Positions 23,953 through 24,000 of a stretch of DNA of 24,000 nucleotides are shown piece after piece. Positions within the stretch are counted from its first letter, which is position 1, and each line of letters starts with the position of its first letter. The position numbers and the translations under genes were made by a program. The notes under the pieces were generated by a model. It did not search any database, had not been told where the DNA came from, and was given only the letters and a program-made list of their open reading frames with translations. Source of the DNA: Bacteroidota bacterium (GTDB lineage: Bacteria; Bacteroidota; Bacteroidia; Flavobacteriales; Flavobacteriaceae); assembly GCA_043769905.1 (NCBI GenBank), contig JAYVIW010000080.1, positions 41,942 through 65,941 of the forward strand. The letters run 5' to 3'.

Positions 23953-24000
23953 TCTATTTTTTTGAAATATTTGATTTTTGCAAAGATACTTTTTAGACAT

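Noticed and set aside
23953-24000. N-terminal extensions given by the longest-ORF track: tkt from 24000, phosphoribosyltransferase from 20501, S4 protein from 20895, Rep-like from 14866, XRE from 18304, small peptide from 4833, sigma from TTG 9255.
   Set aside because: In each case a downstream ATG gives an N-terminus that matches the expected family start or a signal peptide. In the Rep-like case it also gives stop/start coupling. The extensions are AT-rich, low-complexity sequence.
1-24000. Search for CRISPR arrays, rRNA genes, transposase/IS elements, and long tandem or inverted terminal repeats.
   Set aside because: By eye I found no regularly spaced repeat array, rRNA-like conserved blocks, DDE-transposase-like ORF or terminal inverted repeats. 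The only element-type repeats found are the 15-bp att cores and the TAATCGTACAA motifs.

Overview
AT-rich chromosomal segment that looks Bacteroidota/Flavobacteriia-like: TAnnTTTG-type -7 promoter boxes, many lipoproteins, DUF4252 and ECF sigma genes. All product calls rest on motifs read by eye; no homology search was run. Conserved housekeeping genes occupy both flanks. Left flank (1-11.4 kb): DUF2130 (partial), ffh, folD, an rluF-like pseudouridine synthase, a MATE exporter, an SPFH protein, an S41 peptidase, and an ECF sigma / anti-sigma / 2x DUF4252 operon. Right flank (19.1-24 kb): tRNA-Lys, tRNA-Leu, aroK, a PyrR-like phosphoribosyltransferase, an Hsp15-like S4 protein, an FKBP-like lipoprotein, and a single-chain transketolase. 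The main feature is a ~7.7-kb integrative island (11452-19139) inserted into the 3' end of tRNA-Leu(GAG). It is bounded by a perfect 15-bp direct repeat, and the native tRNA terminator (hairpin + T19) now sits outside the distal repeat. The island carries a tyrosine integrase, an excisionase-like HTH gene translationally coupled to a possible replication initiator, an XRE repressor, and extremely AT-rich cargo I cannot assign. The cargo comprises (i) a possible BECR-fold RNase-like ORF plus a 322-aa orphan, and (ii) a tight five-gene minus-strand cassette. That cassette has two membrane-anchored proteins, a secreted TPR/Sel1-like protein, a 58-aa TM ORF missed by the ORF track, and a 258-aa cytoplasmic protein. 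These two cargo modules are the best candidates for an undescribed system, but their function cannot be read from the sequence. No CRISPR array, rRNA or transposase was seen.
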